Assembly: GCA_029953675.1 (NCBI GenBank)
Contig: JAMWBK010000003.1
Span: forward strand, 2,418,001 to 2,482,000
Length of the DNA: 64,000 bases
From: Rhodosorus marinus CCMP1338
Lineage: Eukaryota > Plantae > Rhodophyta
Direction of reading: 5' to 3'
The position numbers were made by a program, and so were the translations under genes. A model generated the notes under the pieces. That model was not told where the DNA came from. It did no database searches and worked only from the letters and a program-made list of their open reading frames with translations. This document shows positions 12,042 to 27,323 of the stretch, piece by piece. Within the stretch, counting starts at the first letter, position 1. Each line of letters begins with the position of its first letter.

Positions 12042-12863
12042 ATGGCGCATAAACCTCTTCGTATTATTCTTACCCCCGTGGTTAGATCCATACCTTCAAC
12101 GCTCGACGCCACCCCGCAAGCTTTTTGGGCTATGCACGCCTGTGGCTCAAGGCCAAGGTTTACGAAGGATGAGCAGAGTTTCATTTCAAGGCAGTTCAAT
12201 AAGCTCACGGATTTGGTCAACCGAGAATGGGATAAATCGAGTACGGCTCCTGCCCGCAGCATGCGAGGCCTTGTGTACAAGTACGGCCAAAGGGTTCTTT
12301 CCAGGATACCCAATGAAGAGTATTTGTTCCGGGACTTGAATGCTCTAGAAATCAAAGCACCGACTCTGCTGTACCCATCGAGCTTGGTGGAGGGCGAAGT
12401 GAAGCAATTCGTCCAGACCCTCGCGATAGAGCGACGGAGTCTGCATCAGCGAATGATACACGGAAGTGTTGCAGCTCTACCTTTCACCATGCTGTTCTCA
12501 ATAGTGCCAATTCTCCCAAATATTCCATTTGCGTACAACTGCATGCGGCTCTATCACCACATAACAGCTCTTAGTGGAGCGAGAAAGCTGGTGGACTTGC
12601 TCGATACGGATCGATTGAATTACGCGAAGAGCATCGAGATACAGGAAGTGCTCGACTCAATGAACCATGTGAAGGTCGACGGGTTCTCTTTTATGGACCG
12701 CGAGACAAGGGACGAACTGGGAAAAGTCTTGGATGCTCCGGACTTGTCCAAGACTTTACAACGAGCAGTTCGGCAACTGGAAGTACGCTTTGGCGTTCAC
12801 AGAAAATCTCGATCCCGGTCAGGAGACGAAGTTGCAGGAGAGGGAACGGACTTAAAACGTTGA
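12042..12863 (+). CDS. Mitochondrial K+/H+ exchange-related (Mit_KHE1-like) protein, intronless, 273 aa
   Basis: Long ATG ORF. LRIILTPV, SRIPNEEYL and LPFTMLFSIVPILPNIPFAYNCMRLYHH resemble the Mit_KHE1 (yeast Ydl183c) family as I recall it; family call not verified by search. Confidence 0.7.
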   Translation: MAHKPLRIILTPVVRSIPSTLDATPQAFWAMHACGSRPRFTKDEQSFISRQFNKLTDLVNREWDKSSTAPARSMRGLVYKYGQRVLSRIPNEEYLFRDLNALEIKAPTLLYPSSLVEGEVKQFVQTLAIERRSLHQRMIHGSVAALPFTMLFSIVPILPNIPFAYNCMRLYHHITALSGARKLVDLLDTDRLNYAKSIEIQEVLDSMNHVKVDGFSFMDRETRDELGKVLDAPDLSKTLQRAVRQLEVRFGVHRKSRSRSGDEVAGEGTDLKR

Positions 12864-13790
12864 CACCTAACAGAGGTGGAAAACAAAAACCTTCAATTTT
12901 CGTTTGTAACATTGACGCGAACTTCAGAGCCATTGCATGGCCAAGTCGACAGTTTAGGAAGGCATATTCTTCTGTCCCCACTTCCAGAAAACGCGATCAC
13001 ATTGCAGGTACATTGAACACGGTATGAAAGCGATGAACTCATTCGTTGAGCACTCAGAGCGCTTTTCAGCGCTCAGTGCCCAAGCGTTGGACTGAAGTTG
13101 GGAGGATTTTTTTACCTTGTGGCTATTCCTATAATTTCGCTCCAAATTTTTTCTGCTGAACGAAACCAGACGACTGAAATAGACTTAGCATCGTGATTCG
13201 TAAATCATCATTTGCCAACGGCATCCTCCGTTGCGTCCAATATCGGCGTTCTAGTGTCAAAGCTGGATTGAATCGGGAGCTGTTCATCACAATACATAGA
13301 AAGTGTTTATAAGGCTATCCCTAAGTGCCTACCGGCGGAATGTGGGAGAGCAACCGCTTTCCGGAGTTTGATGCAAGTTTCAGCGTTTTGCCGATGTCTG
13401 TGGCAAACTTCATCAACTTGGAATTTAGGCTTTCGCGATATTTCCGTGGACTAGAGGAGCAGCTCGAGTGTGACCTGGACGAGATTCTGATCTTCATCTC
13501 TGCGCCACGCCAAGGCCTCCCAGTTTCTCACCGGGTAAGCAAAGATATCCCAACGTAATCCTGGGGCTTAGCGGGGTCCTCTGGCTACGGTGGTGATTGT
13601 TCCATTGCGGGTTTTAGTCACAACGGGCCTGTCCCAAAACAAGTCTCTCCGCATTGTGTATACATGCAAGCATGCCCCTCTCAGAGTGTTCAATTCTGAG
13701 GACTTGCAAAACGTTGGAGCCTGTCAAACCGTGCCCTAAATCACCTGGAGGTGCTTCTTCCTCAGGATGCGGTTACTGGGCGACACCGCC

Positions 13791-14643
13791 TCAGTCAGAA
13801 TTGGGCTTCGACAAACGCTGCTTGACTGCTGAAGGAATATCTGTTATCGAGAACGAAGATCCAGACTCGCCCCAAATAGACTCCAAGTACCGATCCCTGC
13901 CACAGTTTGCTCTGTAAAAGGCGTAGAGTTGCGGATTCTTCCTGTAGTAATCTTGGTGATAGTCTTCAGCCTCCCAGAAAGTCTTAAAAACCACATTCAC
14001 GAAGAAGTTTTAGAGGTTTCATCGGCCGCGAACGCCAAAGGAGAATGTCACAAGACACAGATCGGGAAGTGGAAGTGCTAACCTTTGCGGGGCTTATCTC
14101 AGTTACAATTTTCTTCCCAAACACTTTGCTCTCCTCGTATCTTTTCTTACTTGCAAGGGCAGCGACCTTTTGCTCTTCGTTCATGTAGAAGATTGCCGTT
14201 CTGTACTGTTTTCCAGTATCGCAGAACTCCTTGTTCACAGTAGTAGGGTCAATGTTGTGCCAGAATACGTCCAAAAGCTGCTCATAAGAAACTTGGCTTG
14301 GATCGTATTCAACGCGCATGCTCTCCGCATGCCCAGTTTTCCCGCTTCCCACAGCCCTGTACGTCGGATTCTGTTCGTTTCCACCGCAGTATCCGGAGGT
14401 GGTGGATTTGACTCCTGGGAGCACATCATACGGTTTTTCCATACACCAAAAGCACCCGCCAGCAAAAATAGCAACCTCGGTGTTGCCAGCCGCAGCAACA
14501 GGACCAACAAATGCCCCAGCGGATACCAAAGAAGCAAGTTTGAGGAAGTCTCGCCTAGGTTGTATCGCTGACGTTCGGCAGCAACTGCTAGCCCCTCCAC
14601 GGGCTCCAGTACGTGCCGATGGACTGATCAGAAACCCGTTCAT
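13791..14643 (-). CDS. msrA: Peptide methionine sulfoxide reductase MsrA, predicted plastid/thylakoid-targeted (exons 14643-14083, 13982-13791)
   Basis: FAGGCFWC active site, TGHAE, YRTAIFY, EDYHQDYY and resolving NCGRD. Phase-0 intron AAG|gttagc...ttaag|ACT. Confidence 0.97.
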
Positions 14644-16079
14644 ATTCACTGGCTGCTAGATACACCTGTGAGAGGAAATCTTCTTCAATACACGACTACC
14701 CTTGACGCGCCTTCTATCAACAAACTCGAAATCCACTACCTCGTGAAAAAGCTCCCCGCCCACGCCAGCTCCAATACCCAATCGATCAATCTCACCCCAC
14801 AGTGAAGTTTGATCGGTATTAGTATGGGACGTCTGTCCCATGAACACTAATTCAGGTTGCGGTCGTAAGCTGGCGATTTCCACTTGCAGCGTTGAGCACT
14901 TGCCGTTTCGGTACAGGGTGCGCGGAAGGGAGGACATTTGCCCAGAAAGGATTTGCTGCAGTGATTAGCATGTCCCAGGTATGTGTTGTGCAATAATTTG
15001 GCAGGGGAATATTGTGGAGGGCTGCTGATGTTTTGGCGAAATTGGTCAGGGGTAGGACCCGGGGGGGATGGAGTATGTTCACGCCAGGGCTTGATCTTGT
15101 TGGTCCTCCGGAGAGTTTTTTGAGAGAAGAAAAAAGCTTTTTGACCCGGGGTCTGTGAAAGGATGTATGCTCAACCGGGCTGTTATCCCAGCAAATCGCC
15201 GAGTCAACGGTGTCGTAGTACCTAGCTTCGTTTGTGTTTGATGCAATGCTCACCAGCTCGGTCTGGTCTTGGGAAGCATTTACGGGAGGCTCCTTAAGGA
15301 GAACGTTTACTCCCTTCTGGAAAGCCTCATCCGTGTGAAAGCGGGTGGCTGTTCGTTTCGTAGTGGTTGGTGTTCGGAATTAGGGGAATATAACAAAGCG
15401 CTGGCTTTGCGGCCGTGTTCGCTACGTTCCTCTCGCACCTTCGCCATTTAAAGCCTGGACTGCTGCGCCCTTGTATATTACAGACCAGAGATTAGCAACT
15501 GGATGCCGGTTGCCAGGCACACAAGTTCATCCCTCATCTCAAAACTCCCATTTTCAAATATTAAAATCCATTCCTACGCTTCGCGTGCTCCTACACCTCA
15601 CCAAAGGGACCCAACGTCTTCGGTAAACGCTTGAGAAATCCATGATGACCTGCGACCTCAGGTCATACACAGAAGAATCCTTCCAGCTCTTCCACCGCGA
15701 GATATGGGTACCAACCTGACTCTTTAAGCACTCACATATGAAGTACATATCAAACCGAGTTTAGAAACCTCTCACATTCAGACCCCCAGCAAAGGCACAT
15801 TACCTGTTGCTGGAGCACTAGATCACTAATCCCACGTTCAATGACATGCCTCATCGGATCCATTGATTCAAAATGGCCTAAGTCCGTTGGCCGAAATTCG
15901 ACCAATAAAAACCAGACCACTGTCCCTTTCCAAAAAGAATTAAAATAAATATCCAAAGCCATCTCCAATATTTCCAGAACTTTAACTGCCAATTCAATTT
16001 GCATCACCCGTCGCTTCCATTATTAGAAAAATAGAAACTTCTTCCTTCATCCGATTTCATAAAAGCAAAATCGACGTGG

Positions 16080-16145
16080 GGAAGGGGTTAAAATAGTACG
16101 CATAGTCTATTTAATAGTAATATTAATATTTAATAAACATATTGA
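16080..16145. promoter_or_regulatory. AT-rich core upstream of the G/T-rich DBP2 leader
   Basis: tatttaatagtaatattaatatttaataaac followed by about 450 nt of G/T-rich sequence up to the ATG at 16607. Confidence 0.4.
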
Positions 16146-16606
16146 TGGTTTCTAGAAGGACGGAAAGAGGGGGGTTTAATTTTTGTTTCCAGTGGAGTCG
16201 ATGGGGTTAAGGGGGGTAAGAAAAGCTGGAATTGAGGAGCGTTTTTTGTGGAAAACAAGTTAATTGATATGAAAATTGAGGAAACCCGAGTTTACCGGTT
16301 CTGAAACCTTTGAAATTCCTCTGGGGCCACAGGTTTGTCTTGACGCTGGCACCCGCCGTTTTTCATAAAATGGGGTGAAGACGCTTAAATTGACTTTGGG
16401 AAAGGATGGGAAGGAATACTTATAAAGCTGTTCTGAGAGGGGAGGAAAGCTTTTGCGGAGACTGGGTGGAGGGGATGTTGGGAACGTAGATGAGGTGTGT
16501 GGGTATTCTGTAGTTATTCTAGGTTTGTTTAGTTGAGTGTTGAGAGGTGAAAGGGCTTTGGGCTTTCTTTTATTTGTTTTGTTGCGGGGGGAAAATTGAT
16601 TCAGCG

Positions 16607-19942
<3,336 letters not shown>

Positions 19943-20637
19943 ATTTCCTCTTGTTCAATCCCAGTCCGTCACTTTCACTGAGAAGGCTCGAGGCAGGGAC
20001 TCTACGGAAGGACCCATTGATGCTCAGGCCCTTCGCAGCTCCCACGAAAGTCAAAGCCCCCTCCCAACCGTCCATGAGTCCACATTCAAGCAATTCAACA
20101 TGTAGGAAATACTTTCACTTGGCTTTACCCGTGCTCCGTTACCACTTCACCTGTGCTGAGGAAGTGAGCCATGCTAACATTGAAAGGGTTAATCACCAGT
20201 TTTGAGCCTTTAGGGGTTATTAGCAAAGCTCTTTTATCGGGTAGTAAATATCCACTAATGTTGTCATTAAATCCAAAATTTGTAGTAGACATTGTTTCAC
20301 GAGCAAGCGCAGTAGACTCGAAAGGATCAGTCGATTAAGCCGGTCTGACGTGGTGGTTCATATTGAGCCATCCAGCACAACAAGTCTGAGCAACTGCCCG
20401 CAGATGAGTGCGCCTCTGATCCTCCATTCAGAGCACGCGTGTGATGTATTTAGGTTGACTTAGAACCTCGATTGAAATTGGCCATTTGCGCTTTCTAGTT
20501 CATATGTCTGTCATGAAAGCATCTGAATATCATTGGCAAGTTTCAAGCGGTTTTCAAATCCTATCAAGAAACTCGAAAGTGAGCAAACTGCCATCCGCGG
20601 ACTAGAAATCCCGTTGAACTTACCAGTGCAAACCACG

Positions 20638-20961
20638 TCACTTGGATGCGGTTGAGGAATCGCCACTGGGGGCAGTCTCTCCAGGAGGGTTTTCCATGAG
20701 CGGAAACTTCCCATCTCCGGCAGGCAACGGGTTAAGCTCACGATCCACGGCGAATAACGCAGGAAGAATCCCAACCACCATTGCAGTGCCGACAACCCAC
20801 GCAGCGCTTCCGGCCGCTCCAGCTGCCGAGACAGTCAGCCGAGAAACGTACGAGGTAGCCGCAACGCATTTGCTGTACGCATCAGAGGATAGAACCGTCT
20901 CTCTCACTTCCTCGTACATCCCAAATGCTCTAGCGAACAGGTCATTGTTCTCGTCTGCCAT
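20638..20961 (-). CDS. TOM22: Mitochondrial import receptor Tom22 (short, plant TOM9-like form)
   Basis: AAGSAAWVVGTAMVVGILPALFAVDRE matches the Tom22 transmembrane signature (AW..GT...v.P...e.DRE). ATG at 20961, 107 aa. Confidence 0.75.
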   Translation of the reverse strand: MADENNDLFARAFGMYEEVRETVLSSDAYSKCVAATSYVSRLTVSAAGAAGSAAWVVGTAMVVGILPALFAVDRELNPLPAGDGKFPLMENPPGETAPSGDSSTASK

Positions 20962-22578
20962 CTTGACCGCCAGATATCCTATCAGCGCCGGTAACAAACA
21001 AGCAAACCAAAAAAAAAGCAAAGACAATACCTTCCTGCTCCTCTTTCTTTCAAAGCCCCGAGCTCAGATCAAATTCACCTCTTCACGATGCCCATAGTAA
21101 GCCAAAACAAGAGAGCAAATACACACACCCTCTTCCCCGTTCCCCAACTCATCTTCCGCAGGATACCTTTTCCGTGAGCATGGTCATCCGACATGCCCCG
21201 ACCGATCTGTAAATCGACTGAATAATCAATCTCTGTCCTTCTTATCAGTCATTTTCTCACCCAGTTTTCACGTCACCCGCGGGGGCAATTTCTCAAATCC
21301 AAAAAGAAAAATCGAATCTCTAAATCGAACATATAACTACATACAGAAAATATTAAGGGGTAAAACCATAGCAATCAACTTATGAATGCATATATATTGT
21401 TTCGTCGAAGTAAATATTAAGTTTCTTGTTGAGAGAAATGATAATTAAAGTGGAGGAGGGGTGAAAAAGCGCTGGATTAACTTTTCTGCAGGTGAGCAAA
21501 AGTCGGCCGGAGGAGGGAGCGGGGGGGAGGTTGCGTTGGGGTTTCCAGATGTTCGATGAAGCAGGTCAGCTCTCTCTGTTTTGTAGTTCTATAGGAGTTG
21601 TATTGGAGTTGTGCGTGTGTGTGTGTGTGTATACTGTGAGAGAGAAAGGGAACAGGAACGCGTCCATGGAGGTGAAAGATCCTCCCCTTTCTTCACCGCT
21701 CTTCTTCTCCCACTCTCTCTTATCTCGTGAAAACCAAAGAAATATATAACAACCCTCTCTTCATTCTTGGCTTTTTGGTTTCCCCTTCCCACCCCCACCC
21801 ACCCCCCAATCCAACTAGCAGCTCGTTCGAACTAAACAAACTATTTCCAAAAAAATTACACAACAGGACAAGCCCCTAACAAAACCCGCAAAATACTCTT
21901 TGAATAGCTATTACAGTAGTTTTTAAGGTACTATACCAATCCAATACATACTCAACCCTCCCTTCCCTCCCCCCCTCCTCAACCCACCCCGCTCCTCTCC
22001 AAAGGCGTCTACTGTCAAAGGAGGGAAAAATTATTACCTTTGCTTTGGGGGGAGTGTGGGGAGGGAAAGAAAGAATGAAGATGGTCGATATGTGTTTGGG
22101 GGAGGTTGGAGCTTTTTGCTTTTCTTTCGAGGTAGAATAGAATTTCTATTCGGGGTATGAATTATTTGCTCTGGTGAGGGGAGAGAGGGCGGATTTGCTG
22201 GAAAGGTGTGGAGTAGGAGCGGAGGGATAAGATTGATGGAGGTTGTTAGTGGAATGTTTTGAGGAGGTGAGAGGATGGTTTGATTGGGGGTGGGGAGGGG
22301 ATGGAGGAGGGGGTTGGGTGAAGCCGGTTGGCGAAGCAGTTTAGGGTGGGTTTAGTGGTCGAATTGGGATTTGGGTTTTGGTTTTTTTTCCTTGTTTGGA
22401 CGGGGCGGGGTGAGGTACCCGGATCTGTTTGGCGGTGTGTTTGGGTAGGGTGGTTTCTTTTTTTTTTGGTTTTCATTGGGAGTTAGTCCGGGGCATGAGC
22501 GTCTGGGGTAGGAAAGGAATTGGAAAGGGAGTTAGCTTACCGCTGTGCTCCGCGTGATTTTGGGAAATACGGTCGATC

Positions 22579-24636
22579 ATGGCTGATGCAAACGATAACA
22601 CCGCTGAGGTTTCGACGCAGATTCGTCAACAGAGAAATTTTCAGGTGCATCCCACTGAGCGCAACTGGCAGCAAGAGTGAGTTCCCCAACCTTCCCCCCT
22701 TCCTCGTTTTTGCACTCCCTGCATCTGAAGATACAGATTTCGCGAAAACTGCGTCTGATCCAGACCTAATAGGCGACGACAAGTCTTCTCGTAAGGACAA
22801 TGCGGAACTTTGCTCACTGAGCAGAGTTTGTTTTCTCACGTTTTCAGTGCCCAAAGGAGGTTTGAGTTTGGTGCAGCGGGCCCCGCCGGACCAGAAAGCG
22901 CTTCCCGGAGAAAACGAAGAGAGCGGGGAGGATGCGTTTCTGTTTCCAAAGTATACAGAGACGTCAATCTCTTGAAGAGTCAGGATTATTGGGACTACGA
23001 TACTTTATCGATCAGCTGGGGGTACGTAGCGAATCTAGCCAATCTCGCTTCAGCGAAGGCCATGATTTTGCGGTCAGCTCATATGCTGAATCTCTTTGAA
23101 CGCCTTTGAAACGAGCCAGGAACCAAGATGATTATGAAGTCATTCGAAAAGTCGGAAGAGGCAAGTACAGTGATGTGTTTGAGGGTGTGAGTATTGTCAG
23201 CGGAGAGAAGGTTATTATTAAGGTAGGAAAAACTGGAATTGACACTTCCAGTGTCAATTCCAGGGGTAACCGGGTGTCCTGAGAATTGTTCCGGTGCGGT
23301 CCGGATGGAGCCGGAAGGGACGCACTTTGTGCTCCATGTTTAATTCTTACCGATTGTTTCTCAGAATCCGCTTGGGGGACAGATGTCTATACCGATTTAA
23401 TCGACAATTTGTTACTGTGGTGGTGCTAAAATTGCATGCTCTTTTCCTTCTCCCACGTGCAGATTTTGAAACCAGTTCGTAAAAGAAAAATCAAGAGGGA
23501 GATAAAGATTTTGCAATGTCTTCGAGGAGGCACCAACGTCATACAACTGTTAGACATCGTGCGGGACCCCCAGTCCAAAGTTCCCAGCTTGATCTTTGAG
23601 GCAGTTAACAACGTTGACTTCAAGGTGAGGAATTCGTTCACTGCGCTGTTCTTTTGTGGATGTCAAGTTGTCTAAATGCTGGCCCGCAATACTCAGGTTC
23701 TCTATCCCAAGTTCACAAACTACGATGTAAAGTTTTATGCGTATGAAGTCCTACGAGCCTTGGACTATGCTCACTCCAATGGTATCATGCATCGTGATGT
23801 TAAGCCTCACAATGTCATGATAGACCACGAGCAGCGAAAGCTACGTCTAATTGATTGGGGCTTGGCCGAATTTTACTTTCCCAACAAAGAATATAATGTT
23901 CGAGTTGCGTCACGATACTTCAAGGTCTCGTACTCTGTCCAAATCTCCCTCTTAATTCTAGCCTTCTGCTTCCCATTTAATTTTCTGAATGAAGCTCTGC
24001 TTCCAACGTCTCAGGGACCAGAACTGCTCGTAGATCTTCAGGACTACGATTACGGGTTGGACATATGGAGTCTTGGGTGCATGCTGGCGGGCATGCTCTT
24101 CCGTAGAGAGCCTTTTTTCCACGGGCATGACAATCAAGACCAGTTGGTGAAGATTGCCAGAGTACTCGGCACAAGCGATCTGTATACATACTTGGACAAG
24201 TACGGAATCGAACTGGACCCAAGCTATAGGGATAGAATTGGGGTTCATCCGAAGAAGCAGTGGGAGTATTTTATTTCGCACGACAACAGAAATCTAGTTT
24301 CGGCGGTAAGTTTGCAACGCGATCTTAACCCAGAGAGCGATGTTTGAGCGGTTGACGGCCATAGCTGTGCCCTGAGCGATATCTTGGGTGATGAGGAGTT
24401 GCTGCTAGTGTATTGCGAGCGGAGTTAGACGCTGATTGGTAGTCCCATGTTATCCGCATATACAGGACGCTCTTAGTCTACTTGACAAGATGTTGAGGTA
24501 TGATCATGCAGAGCGCATCACTGCGAAGGAGGCGATGAAGCACTTTTTCTTCGATGCTGTTCGTAGAGCTTTTGAGCCGAACAGTGCACCGGCTGCAACG
24601 CAATCGGGAGACATTATGAGCACGGGGTCTGAATAA
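22579..24636 (+). CDS. CKA1: Casein kinase II alpha (exons 22579-22676, 22848-23021, 23120-23222, 23463-23624, 23697-23924, 24015-24305, 24466-24636)
   Basis: [64 protein letters not shown]. The first exon is less certain than the kinase core. Confidence 0.97.
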
Positions 24637-25503
24637 CTGTTCATCCCCAATGATGCTAACATGTAGAAAGTCGTTTGCAAAAAAAAGGTCAAAAACATAC
24701 CCACCTCCGTATCCTGGTGGAATTTTTTCCCAAAGCGCCACCGCTGGACGACGGATGTGCACCCGCAGAGGGTTTTTTGTTTTGCCCACGATGGGCATCC
24801 GAAGGGATACTCGTAAATATAGATGAAAATATAAATTCGTCAAAAACACTGGATGGTTACTTTCGCGCCCTCGTCGCTCACAGTTTGTAGGTCGAGGAGT
24901 GGCGAAGTGCAGTCCTGCAAAGCGCCCGCTCGCGAATCTATGAACCCATTCATATGTGGAGCTTCAGTCAGTGCTAGAATGGGTCAGGATACGGATCTTC
25001 AGGGCTTTTAGTCACATCCACACCGGCCGAGAGTTTTACGGGCCTATGGTTGTGTACCCAAGCGAAGCAATTTTAGCGGAAATTCTCTGGGTAGACACTT
25101 CGTACTTCATCTCGCTCTGTTCATTGTCCTAGTTCCCGGAGAGGTCACCCCGGTGAGTGTGGTGGACAGAAGCAAACCTCTGTTGTTCTGAAGGTGCAGG
25201 GTCTAGCTTCAGTGAAGACATTGGCAAAAGCTTACTCACTGTTTCGAGAAGGTTTTTCGGACCAGTTTGCATTGTGCGTGTTGAGAAAGCCTGGAGTGAA
25301 AAAGTCACCCTCAAGCGCCTGCTGATGCGGATTCCCTCCTCATTGTCTGGTGGAGGTGTTTAAACACTTTGGCATTGATAAAGCTCAAGGTCTGGACGTG
25401 ACGTCAGTGAAGTTTAGCGGTTTTTTGTTTTAAGAGACTTTGTTTTCACACGATTGAGTAATCCTGGATAGGGCTTAGGCGTGACGGCTCTTAGTCCAGA
25501 ACG

Positions 25504-26268
25504 ATGAGCGGGTGGGAAAATGTGAGCATATCTTTCGAGCCCGTTTCAGGCTTTGTCATATCGGGACGAATGGACCCTGCTCATGTGCATACAGTTCGTC
25601 CGTTTATTTCCTGTGCAAACAGTACACTGGCAAAATGCAGGCTGAAGGCTGCTACAAGAGCGCCATCGTTGGTCACAACGGCGTGACCTGGGCTCACACT
25701 GGAGGTTTTAGAGTACGCGAAGCAGCGCAGAAAACTCCAGAAAGATACAGTTTTGTATTTGCGTTTCCGAGCTTTCCGACCGCTTTGTTTGATCGAATTG
25801 GTTCGAGTTCCAGGTCCTAAATATGGCTCCTTTTGTGACGCAGATAAGAGAAGAGGAGGTAGCACATGTCTTGGAAATCCTGAAGGAAGATGACATGCAC
25901 GAGCTTCAGAGCGGATTCAACGTAGCTGGGAAGCCCTTCGCATTTATCCGCGGGGAATTTAATTACGATGATGATTACGAGCTGACCTGGTTCGTGGGAA
26001 GGCATAAGCGCGTAAGGTTCACTCCATACGCGTCGATAGAGAAAACGCTTGTGCTTATTCAGTGTACCCCCGTTTTTCTTCGCCTACCCTATGTTTTTGG
26101 ATGTTACGTTCTTAGCGAGGGAAGCTCAGCGAAGGAGTTCTGATCATCGTGACAGAAAGGACGGTCATATTTGGCGTCCACAACGCTGCGTTCACCAGCA
26201 AATGTTTCGGGAACGCCCTTCTCAAAACATCACGCATGGCGCAGGGCATGGTTCAAAAAGGATTCTAA
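25504..26268 (+). CDS. Profilin, divergent (exons 25504-25521, 25623-25712, 25844-26011, 26116-26268)
   Basis: Spliced product MSGWENYTGKMQAEGCYKSAIVGHNGVTWAHTGGF...GFNVAGKPFAFIR...GVLIIVTERTVIFGVH...KTSRMAQGMVQKGF follows the profilin pattern. All four exons are phase 0. Confidence 0.75.
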
Positions 26269-26705
26269 CCCTAGCAAGACTGCCTCGGCTGTCGACTTGA
26301 GGTTTCCATGGCCGGCTGTAATCTCACACAAGCACAACGCGACCGGTCGGTTGCTTTCTGTCCTCATGCTCTTGGACACAAGTAGGCCCTTGGATCTATT
26401 CGGTACTACCCTTGAAACCTATCTAGTCCTCGGAGGGCTCCTCAAAGGGGGTAACAGTTGCAAACCCATCTCATCGATTTGATGGAGGTTATCTTGTCAG
26501 CCTGAACTCATCGGTACCAATGGAGAAATTTTTGGGGGCGCCTCCAAAGACTGATGGATTGCAACCAACGGATAAACCTGCTTGTTCTTTTGAATGTCAT
26601 GTTTTAAGGTTCCGGTGACCACTCTTTCTTCATAATGGAATTAACTGTATAAAATCTCTATTGAGTTCTAGGACGGACTAGATTGGAGAGGTGCGGTTTG
26701 GATCC

Positions 26706-27323
26706 TCAGAGTTCCTCTCGATTAGAGACCGCCCACGTACCGTAGGAAGCTGCCCGGTTCGAGGCGTCGGTCAAGTGCTCGGGCCATTTTCTTACGGGTA
26801 TTTTTGTCTTCATATCTATTGGTGCGAGAGTAACTGATGATGTAACCAGGAGCTCATTATCTTTCAGTCTGCGGAGCTCCCCAAACATCCGCAGTCGCAG
26901 TCGGCCCTTCCTCTCAAACCGCAGTAGAACGACAGCTTCATCTCCCATCAAGGCTGGCTTGTGGTACTTAATTTCCATCTCTACGACCGGCAGCTCAATA
27001 AAGTCCTCCAAGACAAGCCGACCATAATCAACCCCGCACTCCTCCAGCATTAGAATGCGTGCCTCTTCGAAAAACCTCACATACTGCCCATGCCAGACGC
27101 TACCGGAGTAGTCGGTATCGTGCGGGTAGATCTTCTTGTGCATCCGAAAGTAACCCTGGGTGCTCTCCTCCACGCCCTTCTCGCCGGCGTCCAAAACACC
27201 GTCATCACGAACAATCTCCTGAGATCTACCAGATGACATCTGCATCCGACGCTCTCTACGAGCAATTGCAGCTCGACGACCGGCGGCGCCACGAATCACA
27301 CCAAAGGCTCCAACAAAAGCCAT
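26706..27323 (-). CDS. Hotdog-fold acyl-CoA thioesterase (YbgC/4HBT-like), predicted plastid-targeted, intronless
   Basis: KIYPHDTDYSGSVWHGQYVRFFEEAR motif, LPVVEMEIKYHKPA. The MAFVG start resembles a red-algal transit peptide. Confidence 0.88.
   Translation of the reverse strand: MAFVGAFGVIRGAAGRRAAIARRERRMQMSSGRSQEIVRDDGVLDAGEKGVEESTQGYFRMHKKIYPHDTDYSGSVWHGQYVRFFEEARILMLEECGVDYGRLVLEDFIELPVVEMEIKYHKPALMGDEAVVLLRFERKGRLRLRMFGELRRLKDNELLVTSSVTLAPIDMKTKIPVRKWPEHLTDASNRAASYGTWAVSNREEL

Noticed and set aside
14852-15253. 133-aa minus-strand ORF
   Set aside because: GTG start, no recognisable motif, and it lies antisense to a G/T-rich stretch.
25246-25258. 12-13 nt matches between relic regions (e.g. 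gagaaggttttt at about 25246 and 40087)
   Set aside because: Many such matches are expected by chance in 64 kb, and there is no collinear extension.
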